Origin: Octopus sinensis
Lineage: Eukaryota
Reading direction: 5' to 3'
Length of the DNA stretch: 64,000 nucleotides
Assembly: GCF_006345805.1 (NCBI RefSeq)
Contig: NC_043008.1
Span: 49,166,001 to 49,230,000, forward strand
Made by a program: the position numbers and the translations under genes. Shown here piece after piece: positions 12,340 through 25,689 of the stretch. The stretch's first letter is position 1. Every line of letters starts with the position of its first letter. The notes beneath the pieces are model-generated. The model did not search any database, had not been told where the DNA came from, and saw only the letters and a list, made by a program, of their open reading frames with translations.

Positions 12340-13090
12340 TATCTAACGTCTTGGTCTTCGTCATTTCCTCTGTGAGGCCCTACGTGCCACCGGCACGGTT
12401 ATCACAACTACAATATCCATACGATTTTTATTTTGATGTTGATTAACTTGACACAATAGGTCTCCACAAGCACAGCAGGCCGTCCTGCAAGCCATGAACT
12501 CACTTCATTTGTTGGGTCTTTGAAGTCACAGAATACTTCCAGAGGTCTCAATCTTTCGTCATAGTCTCTGTGAGGCTCAATGTACGAAGGTCATGCTTGA
12601 TCACTTTGTCCCATGTCTTCCTGGGTCTACTTCTACCCTGGACTCCTTCAACTGTTTGGGAGTGGCACTTCTTCACACATCTCTCCTCATTCATCCGTAG
12701 TACATGACCATACCAGCGCAAACGTCTCTCTTGCACACCACATCCGATGCTTCTTATGCCCAACATTACTCTCAGGGCCCTTACACTCTGTCGTGTGTGC
12801 ACACTGACATTACACATCCAGCAAATCATGCTAGCTTCATTTCTTTTGAGCCTACACATGTCCTCCGCAGTCACGGACCATGTTTCACTGCCGTGAAGCA
12901 TGGCAGTTCACACGCATGCATCATACAATCTACCTTTCACTCTGAGCGAGAGACCCTTTGTCACCAATAGGGGAAGAAGCTTGCTAAACTTTGCCCAGGC
13001 TTTTCTTATTCTAGTAGTAACACTCTCTGAGCATCCACCTCCACTACTAACTTGGTCACCTAGGTAGCGGAAATTATCAACTACTTCTAG
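12340..13090 (-). mobile_element. RTE LINE 3' ORF fragment (copy 1)
   Basis: MLHGSETWSVTAEDMCRLKRNEASMICWMC...RRLRWYGHVLRM...GRSRPRKTW contains the RTE YGxETW, RLRWxGHVxR and GRPxxxW motifs. Confidence 0.9.
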
Positions 13091-13144
13091 AAAAGGGATG
13101 TTAAATTATGATGATAATATATAAAGAGGAAGAAAGAGATGTGT

Positions 13145-13188
<44 letters not shown>

Positions 13189-14003
13189 CAATGGGCTTCT
13201 TTCAGTTTCCATCTTCCAAATCCACTCACAAGACTTTGGTTGACTCGAGGCTATAGTAGAAGGCACTTGCCCAAGGTGCCATGCAGTGGGACTGCAGCTG
13301 GAACTATGTAGTTCGTAAGCAAGCTACTTACCACACAGCCACTCCTACGCCTATATAAGCAAAGTAATATTCTGACTTCAAAAGCAGAAGAATGTCCATG
13401 GAAGACAATGAACAATCTGGAAAACCTGTCATGAGCTTAAACCCGCAGAAATGTGGAGAAAATTCATCACATTGTGCATGACGATCATCAGAGGACAATC
13501 GATGACATAGATGATACATTATATATAGCCATAAGGCAGGGGGAGCAGGCAGAAACGGCAGCACGCCGGGTGAAATGCTTAGCGGTATTTTATGATTTTT
13601 CTCCACATTTCTGCGGGTTTAAGCTCATGACAGGTTTTCCAGATTGTTCGTCTTCCATGGACGTTCTTCTGCTTTAAGGCAGTGAGGTTGCAGAATCGTT
13701 AGCACGCCGGGCGAAATGCTTAGCGGTATTTCATCTGTCTTTATGTTCCGAGTTCAAATTCCGCCGAGGTCGACTTTGCCTTTCATCCTTTCAGGGTCGA
13801 TAAATTAAGTACCAGTTACGCACTGGGGTCGATATAATCGACTTAATACCTATGTCTGTCCATGTTTGTCCCCTCTATGTTTAGCCCCTTGTGGGTAATA
13901 AAGAAATAGGTATTTTATCTGTCTTTATGTTCTGAGTTCAAATTCTGCTGAGGTCAACTTTGATTTCATCTTTTTGGTGTTGATAAATTAAGTACCAGTT
14001 AAA

Positions 14004-14754
14004 TATCTAACGTCTTGGTCTTCGTCATTTCCTCTGTGAGGCCCTACGTGCCACCGGCACGGTTATCACAACTACAATATCCATACGATTTTTATTTTGA
14101 TGTTGATTAACTTGACACAATAGGTCTCCACAAGCACAGCAGGCCGTCCTGCAAGCCATGAACTCACTTCATTTGTTGGGTCTTTGAAGTCACAGAATAC
14201 TTCCAGAGGTCTCAATCTTTCGTCATAGTCTCTGTGAGGCTCAATGTACGAAGGTCATGCTTGATCACTTTGTCCCATGTCTTCCTGGGTCTACTTCTAC
14301 CCTGGACTCCTTCAACTGTTTGGGAGTGGCACTTCTTCACACATCTCTCCTCATTCATCCGTAGTACATGACCATACCAGCGCAAACGTCTCTCTTGCAC
14401 ACCACATCCGATGCTTCTTATGCCCAACATTACTCTCAGGGCCCTTACACTCTGTCGTGTGTGCACACTGACATTACACATCCAGCAAATCATGCTAGCT
14501 TCATTTCTTTTGAGCCTACACATGTCCTCCGCAGTCACGGACCATGTTTCACTGCCGTGAAGCATGGCAGTTCACACGCATGCATCATACAATCTACCTT
14601 TCACTCTGAGCGAGAGACCCTTTGTCACCAATAGGGGAAGAAGCTTGCTAAACTTTGCCCAGGCTTTTCTTATTCTAGTAGTAACACTCTCTGAGCATCC
14701 ACCTCCACTACTAACTTGGTCACCTAGGTAGCGGAAATTATCAACTACTTCTAG
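14004..14754 (-). mobile_element. RTE LINE 3' ORF fragment (copy 2, part of the tandem duplication)
   Basis: Translation identical to 12548-12901. Confidence 0.9.
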
Positions 14755-14833
14755 AAAAGGGATGTTAAATTATGATGATAATATATAAAGAGGAAGAAAG
14801 AGATGTGTATATATATATAAATATATATATATA

Positions 14834-16092
14834 TATAAAGTCATTAAGAATGAACTCTCCGATTTTCTTATGTATCAAGTTTGACAGTTGTTAACTCGAA
14901 TGTTTTATCCTGACAATTCTTTGTTTTACAATACTGAAGAGTTACATCATCACGTTTCAAAATGCAATCCGTGGTGTCTGATTCTATTGTGAGTTCTCTC
15001 TTGTAAATCAATTTTTGTGAACCCATGGATAGATCAAAGATTTGTGTTTATGAATGTGAGTTCTGTCGTGGAAGCAATGCATCCCAGACACTCGAAACAT
15101 CAATGAGGTGTTTGGTGAAGATGTGGCAAATGAGTGCACTGTATGTTGATGGTTTGAGAAGTCCAGGTCTGGTGACTTTACTCTTGAAAATCAGCCCCAT
15201 GGTAGACCTGAGACCAAGGTGGATAATGATGAGCTGGAAACTGTAGTGGAAGCAGATATATCTCAAATTATGCGTGACTTAGCAGCAAGGCTGGATGTTT
15301 CGATTCCAACAGTATTGGACCATCTTAAACGAACTGGCAATGTAAAGAAGCTGGACAAGTGGGTACCACACGAACTGAATGAGCATCGAATGACACGTCA
15401 TCTTGAAACTTGCTGCTCTTTGTTGTCACGGCATAAAAGTGAACCATTTTTGCATCATATTGTTACGTGTGATGAAAAATGGATTCTTTTCAACAATAGC
15501 AAGCATCCTGCACAGTGGTTGGATAGAGACAAAGTGCCAAAACACAATCCAAAAAAGAATGGTCACCAAAATAGCTAATGGTATCTGTTTGGTGGTCCAG
15601 CACTGGTGTCACCCACTACAGCTTCATGAGACCTGGTAAGTCAACTACAGCAGACGTATACATCAACCAATTGGATAAAATGATAAGTGAACTTGCAATT
15701 AAACAACTGACATTGGTCACTAGAAACAGGCCGGTTCTCTTGCAAGACAATGCTTGACCACATGTTGAACAAAGAACGCTACTCAAGTTACAGGAACTGA
15801 ACTTGGAAGTACTCTGTCATCCACCATATTCACCAGACCTGGCACCAACTGACTATCACGTTTTCCAGGCATTAGACAACTTTTTGCAAGAGAAAAACTA
15901 CAAATCTGAAGAAGATGCAAAAACAGCCTTTCCTGATTTCATCACCTCTTGCTCTCCAGAATTCTTCACTGCTAGCATAAGTAAGCTACCGATAAAATGG
16001 CAAAATTGTGTTGATAATTTAGGTGCATACTTTGATTAACTGCATTGAACTTTCAGTTCAAAGTCAGCCATTTCATTTTTAATGATCTGATA
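14834..16092 (+). mobile_element. Full-length mariner (DD34D) transposon with a frameshifted transposase pseudogene (15025-16039)
   Basis: Motifs WVPHEL, IVTCDEKW, LLQDNA*PH, HPPYSPDLAPTDY and WQNCVDNLGAYFD*. Degenerate TIRs tataaagtcattaagaatgaa / ttcatttttaatgatctgata; length ~1.26 kb. Confidence 0.92.
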
Positions 16093-16112
16093 TATACTTA
16101 TATAAATATTAA

Positions 16113-16334
16113 CCCCTTTGTTACCATCTTCCTGTTGAGATGCTCTGTGTTTCTTTCATTTAATCCTAAAAATAACAAAGAATTTAGTAAAATAACTTAG
16201 TAATCATTCAGCTAGTGTGAGGAACATAAATTGTGACTAAGGTTAGGTGGAAGATTTTAATTCAGAACTTATGGAATCAAGACATTTGTACTACAGAGTC
16301 AGAGGTGGTTTCAGCTGGGTTGGTGTCGAAAGGG
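16113..16334. mobile_element. piggyBac-type MITE
   Basis: TTAA-CCCCTTTG...CGAAAGGG-TTAA, that is CCC/GGG termini with a TTAA target duplication. Related copies occur at 1-66, ~4755, ~42490-42872 and ~60622. Confidence 0.8.
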
Positions 16335-17119
16335 TTAACAATATATAAGGAGTGTAATGTTCATGTCTTCTCCAAATGTACTGTAAGCAGAATGCCCTTA
16401 GCCAAGAGTTGAATATGTAACAGCCTCAAATTCCTGTAGTCTACAGGCTATAGAGTGAAAAATGTGACTGTAGGACCATCATGTCTCTCTTAGCAGCATA
16501 AGTCAAGCAAATTTATCAAAATGGATGAAAATTTGGTACGTACATAAATACATGAGACATCAAACAAAATTTTTGTTTGTTTAGTTGTTTTTGTTGGGGT
16601 TTTTTGGCCTCTAAAATATTCTTAAAATTCTCCCAAGACATTCTGAAAACGCAGCTTCGTTAGAAACATCAGCCAAAGCCTGTAACTGAAGCAAAACAAA
16701 ACACAACATGCAGAAATAAAAGCATAACAGACATGACAGTATTGAAGAAGAACAGATAAAGTGATACAATATGAGGGAAAAGCAGCAAGAGGGAATTATG
16801 TTTCAAGGCTAGAAAGGAAAGCTTCATAACAGGTTTATCAAGCTTGGAGGCATGCGAAAATATACGAGAGATTTTCAAATGTCATACGATGAGAAGTAGT
16901 GTGTGGTGTTTTTAATTGCTAAGATGTGTGTCAGAGCAAAAGCTGATGTCATATGGAGAAAGTCTGTTTTAATGATACAGATGGCAGAGAAAAAGAGAAA
17001 GAGAGAAAAACTGAGCTGGATTCTTGTTGCTAGAAGACATTCAATGGCGACTTGGAATGTGGCGAGAAAGAAATATCTGGCTATCAATTTGTCTAGCTAG
17101 CCATCTTGTTAAACAGCCA

Positions 17120-17385
<266 letters not shown>

Positions 17386-17773
17386 TCATCTTTATATATA
17401 TATACTTGGAAATGGGTGAGTGGCATTCGATCATATAATAATATAAATAATATATATGTATATGCATATATATACACATACATGTACATGCCTACATATA
17501 TGTGCTTATATACGTGCATATATGGGTACAAAATGAAAAACAAGAACATAAAAAACAAAAGCATGGAAAACGAAGTTTTTTCAGACAACAAAAGAAGCAA
17601 ATTGTGAAATGAGACAGGCAACATAAAGAACAATCCCTTCATCAGTTGTCCCCTGTTTTATCTACTCCACATTTCAAAAATAGGGACAAGACGTGAATTT
17701 GTTAAAACAGTTCTTCCCACAAAGCAATATAAATAAAATTTGGGATTTTTTGCGAGATTTAATAGATGCATAC

Positions 17774-17871
<98 letters not shown>

Positions 17872-19129
17872 GTGCTAGTCTTACAAATAATCAGTTCTGA
17901 GGTTGATTTCTTCGACTGAGGCAGTGCTCCAGCATGACCACAGTCAAAATGACTGAAACAAGTAAAAAAAAAAAGAGGAAAAGAATATATATACAAATAT
18001 ATATCATCATCATCATCATCATCCTTTAATGTCCCTTTTCCAAGCTGGCATGGGTGGGTTGGATGGTTTGACCAGAGCTGGCAAACTGATTTTGCTAGGT
18101 TTCTATCACTGGAAGCCCTTCCTAATGCCAACCACTTTATAGTTTGCTGAATGCTTTAAACGTGACCCCCCACATGAGCACTTTTACATGGCACCAACAC
18201 ATGACTCTTGTAAACCAATCCTTTTTTACCAGGGAAGGGACCTTAACACTTCAGCTGTGAAGAACAGGTCATCTTGAGTACAGCAAACTGCCGGGTATTT
18301 CAGTCCCTTGTTATCTCATCTGAAAGGTCATCCTTCAGCACTTTGTCCTGTCCTTCAGCAATATATATATATATATCATCATCATCATCATCATCATCAT
18401 CGTTTAACATCCATTTTCCATGCTGGCATGGGTTTCATGGTTTGACAGGAGCTGAAGTAGGTAGGGGGGAGGGCTCCGAAAGGGCTCTCAAGGAGTAGCG
18501 TCCCTGCCTTCCTGAGCTAGTTTTCCACCACATTTCTCAAAAATCGTGGTAGAAGCCTTGGTCTCAGGACCACTCATGTCTAGAAACTGATCATCAAGTC
18601 GAGCAAGATCGCTGTTGTGACAGATATCAGTGTCACGCAAATTGAAACCCATGCCAGTGACACATAAACACACTCCGGTGTCGTACAAATGGCACCTGTA
18701 CAGGTGGCATATAAGAGCACCCATTACAGTTTTGAAGTGGTCGGCATTAGGAAGGGCATCCAGTTGTAGAAAACCATCCTGTGACCACTGATACTCTAAA
18801 CATAACTACTCTTCCTTTTATTTAAAAACAGTTTGTCAACATCTCCAAATGTGTTCTTTTCCTATTTTTGTTGCTGTTTTCCTTTTTTAGATGACGGGGT
18901 ACAACTTGACAGAAACAGAGAGAGATTTGGCTGTTTTTTCTAGCAGATTGATCAACCACATAACAGCACCTGCACTGAATTATTCAATAATCTCTAACTT
19001 CTTGAAAGTTATCTTTATTCTAAATTACAAAGAATATTTCTTTTTTACATTCACCTTTATCTTTTTTATTTGTTTTAGTTGTTAGATTGTGGCCATGCTG
19101 GGGCACCGATTTGAAGATATTTTTTAAAG

Positions 19130-20521
19130 AAATTCCAGGTAAGGTAGCAAGGTCTAGAATCAAAGGGCCTTAGAGTTAACCTAGCAAAAACCAAAGTCCT
19201 AGTAAGTAGGAAGGCAGATAAATCACAAACCCCTTCAGGTAAATGGCCCTGCTCAATCTGTAGAAAAGGTGTAGGTAGAAACTCCTTAAGATGCACCCAG
19301 TGTAAGCTATGGACATATAAAATGTGCAGCTATATCTGAGGAAGGTTAACAGGGAAAATAGCTTTCATATGTGGAAGATGCATAGGTACAATAAACACTG
19401 AAAATGTACAGAAATTAGACTCCATCAACTGCCAGGGGCATGAGCTACAGGTAGTAGATAGCTTCCATTATCTAGGCGACTAAGTTAGTAGCAGAGGTGG
19501 ATGCTCAAGAGCATAGCTGTGAGAATAAGATTAGGCTGGGTAAAGTTCAGAGAGCTCCCACCTCTGCTGGCAACAAAAGGCCTCTCTTTTGGAATGAAAG
19601 GCAGATTGTATGATGCCTGTGTGTGAACAGCTATGCTACATGGCAGTAAAACATGGGCTGTGACAGCTGAGGTCATGCATAGGCTTGAAAGAAATTAAGC
19701 CAGCATACTTTGCTGGATATGCAATATCAGTGTGCATACACAACAGAGTGTAAGCACCCTGAGAGAAAAGTTAGGCATAAGAGGCATCCAAATTGGTGTG
19801 CAAGAGAGACGACTGTGCTGGTATGGTTATGTGATGCATATGGACGAGGACAGCTGTGTAAAGAAGTGCTGATCTCTAACTGTAGAGGGAACCTGCGGTA
19901 GAGCTGGACCCAAGAAGACATGGGATGAGGTGGTGAAGCATGATCTTCAAACTTTCAGCCTCAAGGAGGCAATGACAAGTGACTGAGACCTTTGGTGATA
20001 TGCTGTGCTTGAGAAGACCTGTCAAGCCAAGTGCACCCATGCTGGTGGCACATAAAGAACATCTTTTGAACATTGGGCCTCATGAAAGCAAAGTGGCTGA
20101 GTTCCTTTCAAATGATGGGCCACACGGAGGGAAAGTGGCTGAGTTCCTTTTGAGTTTGGGCCTCACAGAGGTGAAGTAGCTAAGTTCTTTTCGAGTGTTG
20201 GGCCTCACGGAGGCAATGACCAAGACCTTTGGCATTATGTCATGCTTGAGAAGAAGACCCATCAAATCGAGCAAAATCTCAGTCATGGCAGATACAGGTG
20301 TCACACAAATTGGCACCTGTGTCGGTGACACATAAAAGAATCCCGGTGTCATGCAATGGCATCTGTATCAGTGGCACGTAAAAGCATCCATTACACTCTC
20401 GGAGTGGTTGGCATTAGGAAGGGCATCCAGCTGTAGAAAACCATGAAGTCTGGTGCAGCATCCCAGTGTGCCAGTCCAGTCAAACAGTCCAACCCATGCC
20501 AGCATGGACAATAGATGTTAA

Positions 20522-20553
<32 letters not shown>
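19130..20553 (+). mobile_element. 5'-truncated RTE LINE: ORF C-terminus, 3'UTR with gtggcacgtaaaagca modules and a (GAT)n tail
   Basis: QGLESKGLRVNLAKTK, WPCSICRKGVGRNSLRCTQCKLW, MLHGSKTW and RLCWYGYVM, with stops and frameshifts. It continues without a break into the module and terminal sequence shared by all short copies. Confidence 0.9.
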
Positions 20554-20554
<1 letters not shown>

Positions 20555-21509
20555 GTGGTGGTACTTATTCTGTCAGTCTCTTTTGCCAAACAGGGATATA
20601 AATACACCAACTCTAGTTGCCAAAAAAGTGGTGAGGGGCAACACAGACTCAAAAACACGCACACATACACACACATGATTATATACACACACACACACAC
20701 CAATATATATCATTATCATCGTTTAACGTCCACTTTCCATGCTAGCATGAGTTGGACGATTCGCCAGCCCTCAGTCAAATCGTCCAACCCATGCTAGCAT
20801 GGAAAGCGGACGTTAAACGATGATGATGATGATATATATATATATATATATACGTTCAACATGCTTCTTTCAGTTTCCATCCGCCAAATCTACTCACAAG
20901 GCTTTGGCCAGCCTGAGGTTATAGTAGAAGATACTTACCCAAAGTACCAAAGTGCCATGCAATGGAACTGAACCTAGAACCATGTGGTTGGGAAGCAAGC
21001 TTCTCACCACACAGCCACGCCTCTGCTTTAATTCCATTTTTATTTACTTTATATTTCTCAACAAAATAAAACATTTAAACATTTTATTGACTTTAGTTTT
21101 CAATGGAATTTGAAAAGCTTTGACTGTCTGAGAAAATGCACGCATATCATTTCAGTGTATCATATTGTATTAAATTATTATTGTATTGTGTTCTATTCGA
21201 TTCTATTCTATTCTATTCTATTCTATTATATTCGGTTATTGTCTGTTATGGCATTGTAGCATATATTGACATTTGCTCCTTCTGTTTCACTAAAGAAAAA
21301 AAACACTTTTTTCACAAGGTTAATTTTATGATTTAGTCCCAGTTGCACACCTTTGGAATTTTTCTGTTTTATAGAAGTCTTACGTTGTTCAGCCCAATGT
21401 TTATTGTTTCCCCATTATATTATTGTGAAACACACTGAAGGACTCTCTACTCGGTCGCTTTGACTTTCTGAAAAGATCATCTAAATCTCACTGAAATTAC
21501 ACTCTACTG

Positions 21510-22762
21510 CCATCATCATCATCACCATTGTTTAATGTCCGTTTTCCATGCTGGCATGGGTTGGACGGTTTGACTGGAGAAAGGCGGCGAGCTGGCAGAA
21601 ACGTTAGCACACCAGGCGAAATGCGTAGCCATATTTCGTCTGCCGTTACGTTCTGAGTTCAAATTCCGCCGAGTTCAACTTTGCCTTTCATCCTTTCGGA
21701 GTCTATTAAATAAGTACCAGTTACGCACTGGAGTCGATATAATCGACTTAATCCGTTTTCCCCCTCTGTGTTTAGCCCCTTGTGGGTTGTAAAGAAATAG
21801 GTTTGACTGGAGACTGGCAAGCCAGGAGGCCATATCAGGCTCCAGTCTGATCTGGCAATGTTTCTACAGCTGGATGCCCTTCCTAATGCCAACCACTCCG
21901 AGAGCGTAGTGGGTGCTTTTTATGTGCCACCAGCACAGGGAGCCAGTCAGGCAGCTCTGGCAGTGACCCACACGTTAATGATGCTTATTGCATGCCACCA
22001 GCACTGGTATCACCCACAACTACAATTTCCATTTGATTGTGATTTGATTTGATTTGATTTTGATTTACTTGACACAATAGGTCTCCTCAAGCACTGAGTG
22101 TCACCCAATGATTCAAAGGTACTTTTTAAATGGGCTGGTTACGTGACACTAGTGTGGGCTATGGCTGTGATCTCACCTTCCTTGCCAGGTTTTCTCAATC
22201 ACACCATATCTCCAGAGGTCTCAGTCTTTCATCATTGCCTCTGTGAGACTCAACATTCGAAGGTCATGCTTCACCACCCCATGCCATGTCTTCCTGGGTC
22301 TCCCTCTTCAACAGGTTGCTTCCACTGTTAGGGAGTAGCACTTCTTCACACATCTCTCCTCATCAATACATAGCACATGACCATACCAGCACAATCATCT
22401 CTCTCGCGCGTCACATTTGATGCTTCTTATGTCCAACATTTCTCTCAGAGCACCTACACTCTGTCGTGTGTGCATACTGACATTACACATCCAGTAGATC
22501 ATACTAGCTTCCTTTCTCTTGAGCCTATGCATGTCTTCAGTAGTCATGGCCCATGTTTCACTGCTGTGAAGCGTGGCAGTTCACACACATGCATCATACA
22601 ATCTACCTTTCACTCTGAGTGAGAGGCCCTTTGTCACCAGCAGAGGTAGGAGCTTTCTGAACTTTGCCCAGGGTTTTCTTATTCTAGTGGTAACACTCTC
22701 TGAGCCTCCACCCCCACTACAGACTTGGTCACCTAGGTATTGGAAGCTATCAACTACTTCTA
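21510..22762 (-). mobile_element. 5'-truncated RTE LINE, reverse orientation, interrupted by a SINE
   Basis: LEVVDSFQYLGDQVCSGGGGSESVTTRIRKPWAKFRKLLPLL (RTE FxYLG motif), plus the 3'UTR and a (CAT)n tail at 21510. Confidence 0.88.
21581..21799 (+). mobile_element. tRNA-derived SINE with a Nin/Deu-like central domain and a 14-bp target-site duplication (TSD)
   Basis: Head aaggcggcgagctggcagaa, B box gagttcaaattcc, and gcctttcatcctttcgg...taagtaccag. TSD ggtttgactggaga at 21567-21580 and 21800-21813. Confidence 0.88.
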
Positions 22763-22844
22763 AGTTACGGGGACGTAAACACACCAGCATCGGTTGTCAA
22801 ACGATGTTGAGAGGACAAACACAGACACACAAACATATACACAC

Positions 22845-22927
<83 letters not shown>

Positions 22928-23080
22928 GATGGGCTTCTTTCAGTTTCTGTCTACCAAATCCACTCACAAGGCATTGGTCAGCCCGAGGCCATAGTAGAAG
23001 ACACTTGCCCAAGGTGCCACGCAGTGGGAATGAACCCGGAACCATGTGGTTGGTAAGCAAACTACTTACCACACAGCCAA
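22760..23080 (-). mobile_element. CORE-like tRNA SINE
   Basis: Same family as 11065-11482. Confidence 0.8.
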
Positions 23081-25689
23081 AATATACATTCATATATACA
23101 TTCAGCAAAACAAAAAAGTGACTTTTATTGCACAAGTAAACTAAAGGGTTAAAAAACTGCTGAAAAGGCACCAATTTTGAAAAATCTAGTCAAGCGGTGC
23201 AGTTGCTTCCCTTCCTCCCCTATCAGCAGGGGCCACTGGTTATGAGACCACATCATCTCCTATCTCAGTGTCCTCTGTCAACTAATGTAGAATTAAGTAT
23301 ACTGATATTGTCTCATCACTGTTTCAGCAAGCATAGTGAAGTCTATTCTTTACCTGATGAGATCAGAATATAACTGAAATATGCCTGGAGTTATCTCCCA
23401 ATTTGATTGGGAAAATATTTCTTATTAATATTATTTATTATCAATGAATGTTGTTTGATGTTATTTCTAATTGGATTTTTAATAGACTTTGCATTAATTA
23501 TGTTAACACTAACTTAATTACAAATAAATTCTGTCTATGATCTTCGGCCAAAATAAATTATAGGTGTGTATAAACTCAGACACACACACATGCATGTGCA
23601 CACATATAGATGTGTGTGTGTGCAGATATTTGTGTTTGGCCCCCACCATTTAAGAACTAATGTCGCTTGGTTTATGGGCACATAACTTAAGGGTTTGTCC
23701 AAAAGAGACCAATAGAATAAGTACGAGAGATGATTTCTTTGACTCAACCATTTGAGATGCCCCAGCACCCAATTACTGAAACAACACGTAAAAGAACAAA
23801 AGACCAAGGAAATGTGTGTAAGTGTGTGTGTATGTGTGTGTGTGTGCGCACGGACATTTGTACCACACATTCACCATCATCATCATCATCATTTAACGTG
23901 CGCTTTCCATGCTGGCATGGGTTGGACGATTTTGACTGAGGGCTGGCGAACCAGATGGCTGCACCAGGCCCCAATCTTGATCTGGCAGAGTTTGTACATC
24001 TGGATGCCTTTCCTAACACCAACCACTCCGAGAGTTTAGTGGGTGCTTTTTACATGCCACCAGCACGGGGGGCCAGTCAGGCGATACTGGCAATGACCTC
24101 GCTCGAATCTTTTTAAACATGCCACCGCCACATTATTCAAATGAATTTGCAAAACACAAAAATACTTATTTATTCATAACACGTTTTGTTTCTGTAACGT
24201 AATCATTTTAGTGACTTATTTAGATCGTTATACACACTTTTATGTAAATTTTATCTTGGTTGATATTATAAATTAAGACTTGTTCTATTTCTTTTCTGAC
24301 TTTTCTGTCCTGTTTTAAGCTACATCCAGTGTCATGTGATTATTATAACATTACTTCACCAACCGGATTAGAAGAGGTTTATTTTTTCAATTGGTAAGTA
24401 AGAAACAAAAGGTCCAAATATATACAATCCATCATCACCATTATCCCAATAAGCGTTCTTCTCAATTGCTTATATAACTTATTGATCTTATATATTGATC
24501 TGTTTCATTCCAGTTCTTTTTCCAGTTGTATCACTGACCAATTGTTGTGTCTAGATTCAAAATAACTCTTTTTCAATTTTCAGCCTTTTGTGTAATTCTA
24601 TTGATTAAGTCAGCAAACAGGGCTTTCAAACAACTCCGAATAGCCATTTGGAAATCAGGACCTGTTCACTGCCATAAGCAGCAGCAGGTAGCACTTGCTT
24701 TGTAAATTGCTTCAATGGCTTGTTTGGAGGAAGAAGAACAAGATCCATGCCATTTGCAACAACTCAGTTATCCTCAAACCAGAAACCTTCATTGAATGTC
24801 TGCAACAGAGTGGATTCTGATAATAGAGATACCCAGCAGCTAGGTAGATGTGTTAAACCTAGCAACATATTGGGTTTGCCACCCCTAAACCACTACAGTC
24901 CAAAGGGCTTCGCACACAATTTTCACTCACTAGGTATGAATCAACTCAAGGTTATGGTCAAAACTCTTGTTCAAGGTGCCAAGCAGTGAGATTGAACCCA
25001 GAGCCCTATAATTACAAAGTGATTCTCCTAACAACACAAGCTTTCTTGCACTCAGTGGGTAAGTATTTTCTAAGTTTGCAACCTGATTTTAAGCATGTTC
25101 ATGGTTTTCATCTGAAGTGAGAGAAGGGGGTCCGTCAAGCTAATTCGTCCTATAGATTGTATGTGAAGGAACTATGTCTCCCAAGAAGTTCCTTACAGAC
25201 AATGTATTATTATGGGGGTTTACTTTGATTTAAGAATCTAAAGATTTTAGGTTAAAAACCCAATTTATAATTACTACCGTAAGCTGTCAACCTGGAACAT
25301 AAATCTTTGAGCAATGATGGTTTGAAGCGAGGTCGAGTAATGATGGAAGGAAAGAGAGAGGACAAACGTGCAATGGGTTTCAGGAATATTTACGATGTCT
25401 GCTATTTAATAGCATAGAGGCGCAGGGTTATCAAAGAGGTGGGGGGTGGACTTAACAACTGGATTTTGGTTTTCCATCTGTATGTACGTGATGATAGGGT
25501 TAACGACGTTTTAAAATCAAAGAAACGACTATACACTTTAAAATAGATCAAAATTAAACGGGATAAACGGGAGAAAGAGAGAAGCGTAGCGAGCAAATAA
25601 AATATAAATAAAACAAAATAGAAAATAAAAGCTGTTTTAATGTGGCTTAAGCTGATAAAACTATTTAACAGATCACGTCTTTATTTTTT

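Larger units (their letters stand above)
11488..14815. repeat. Near-identical tandem duplication, 2 x 1664 bp (SINE head + fold-back + SINE + RTE fragment)
   Basis: ORF-track pairs are offset by exactly 1664 (11664/13328, 12548/14212). Only a few substitutions are seen, and the junctions lie in (TA)n tracts. Confidence 0.95.

Noticed and set aside
15025-16039. Active or domesticated mariner transposase (SETMAR-like)
   Set aside because: It has multiple frameshifts, an in-frame stop in the DNA*PH motif, decayed TIRs and no SET-domain exon nearby.
24590-24845. Coding exon in GC-balanced unique sequence (similarly 255-533 and 3890-4010)
   Set aside because: The frames I translated hit stops or lack a convincing acceptor, and no peptide was recognisable. 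They could be UTR, lncRNA or very old TE.
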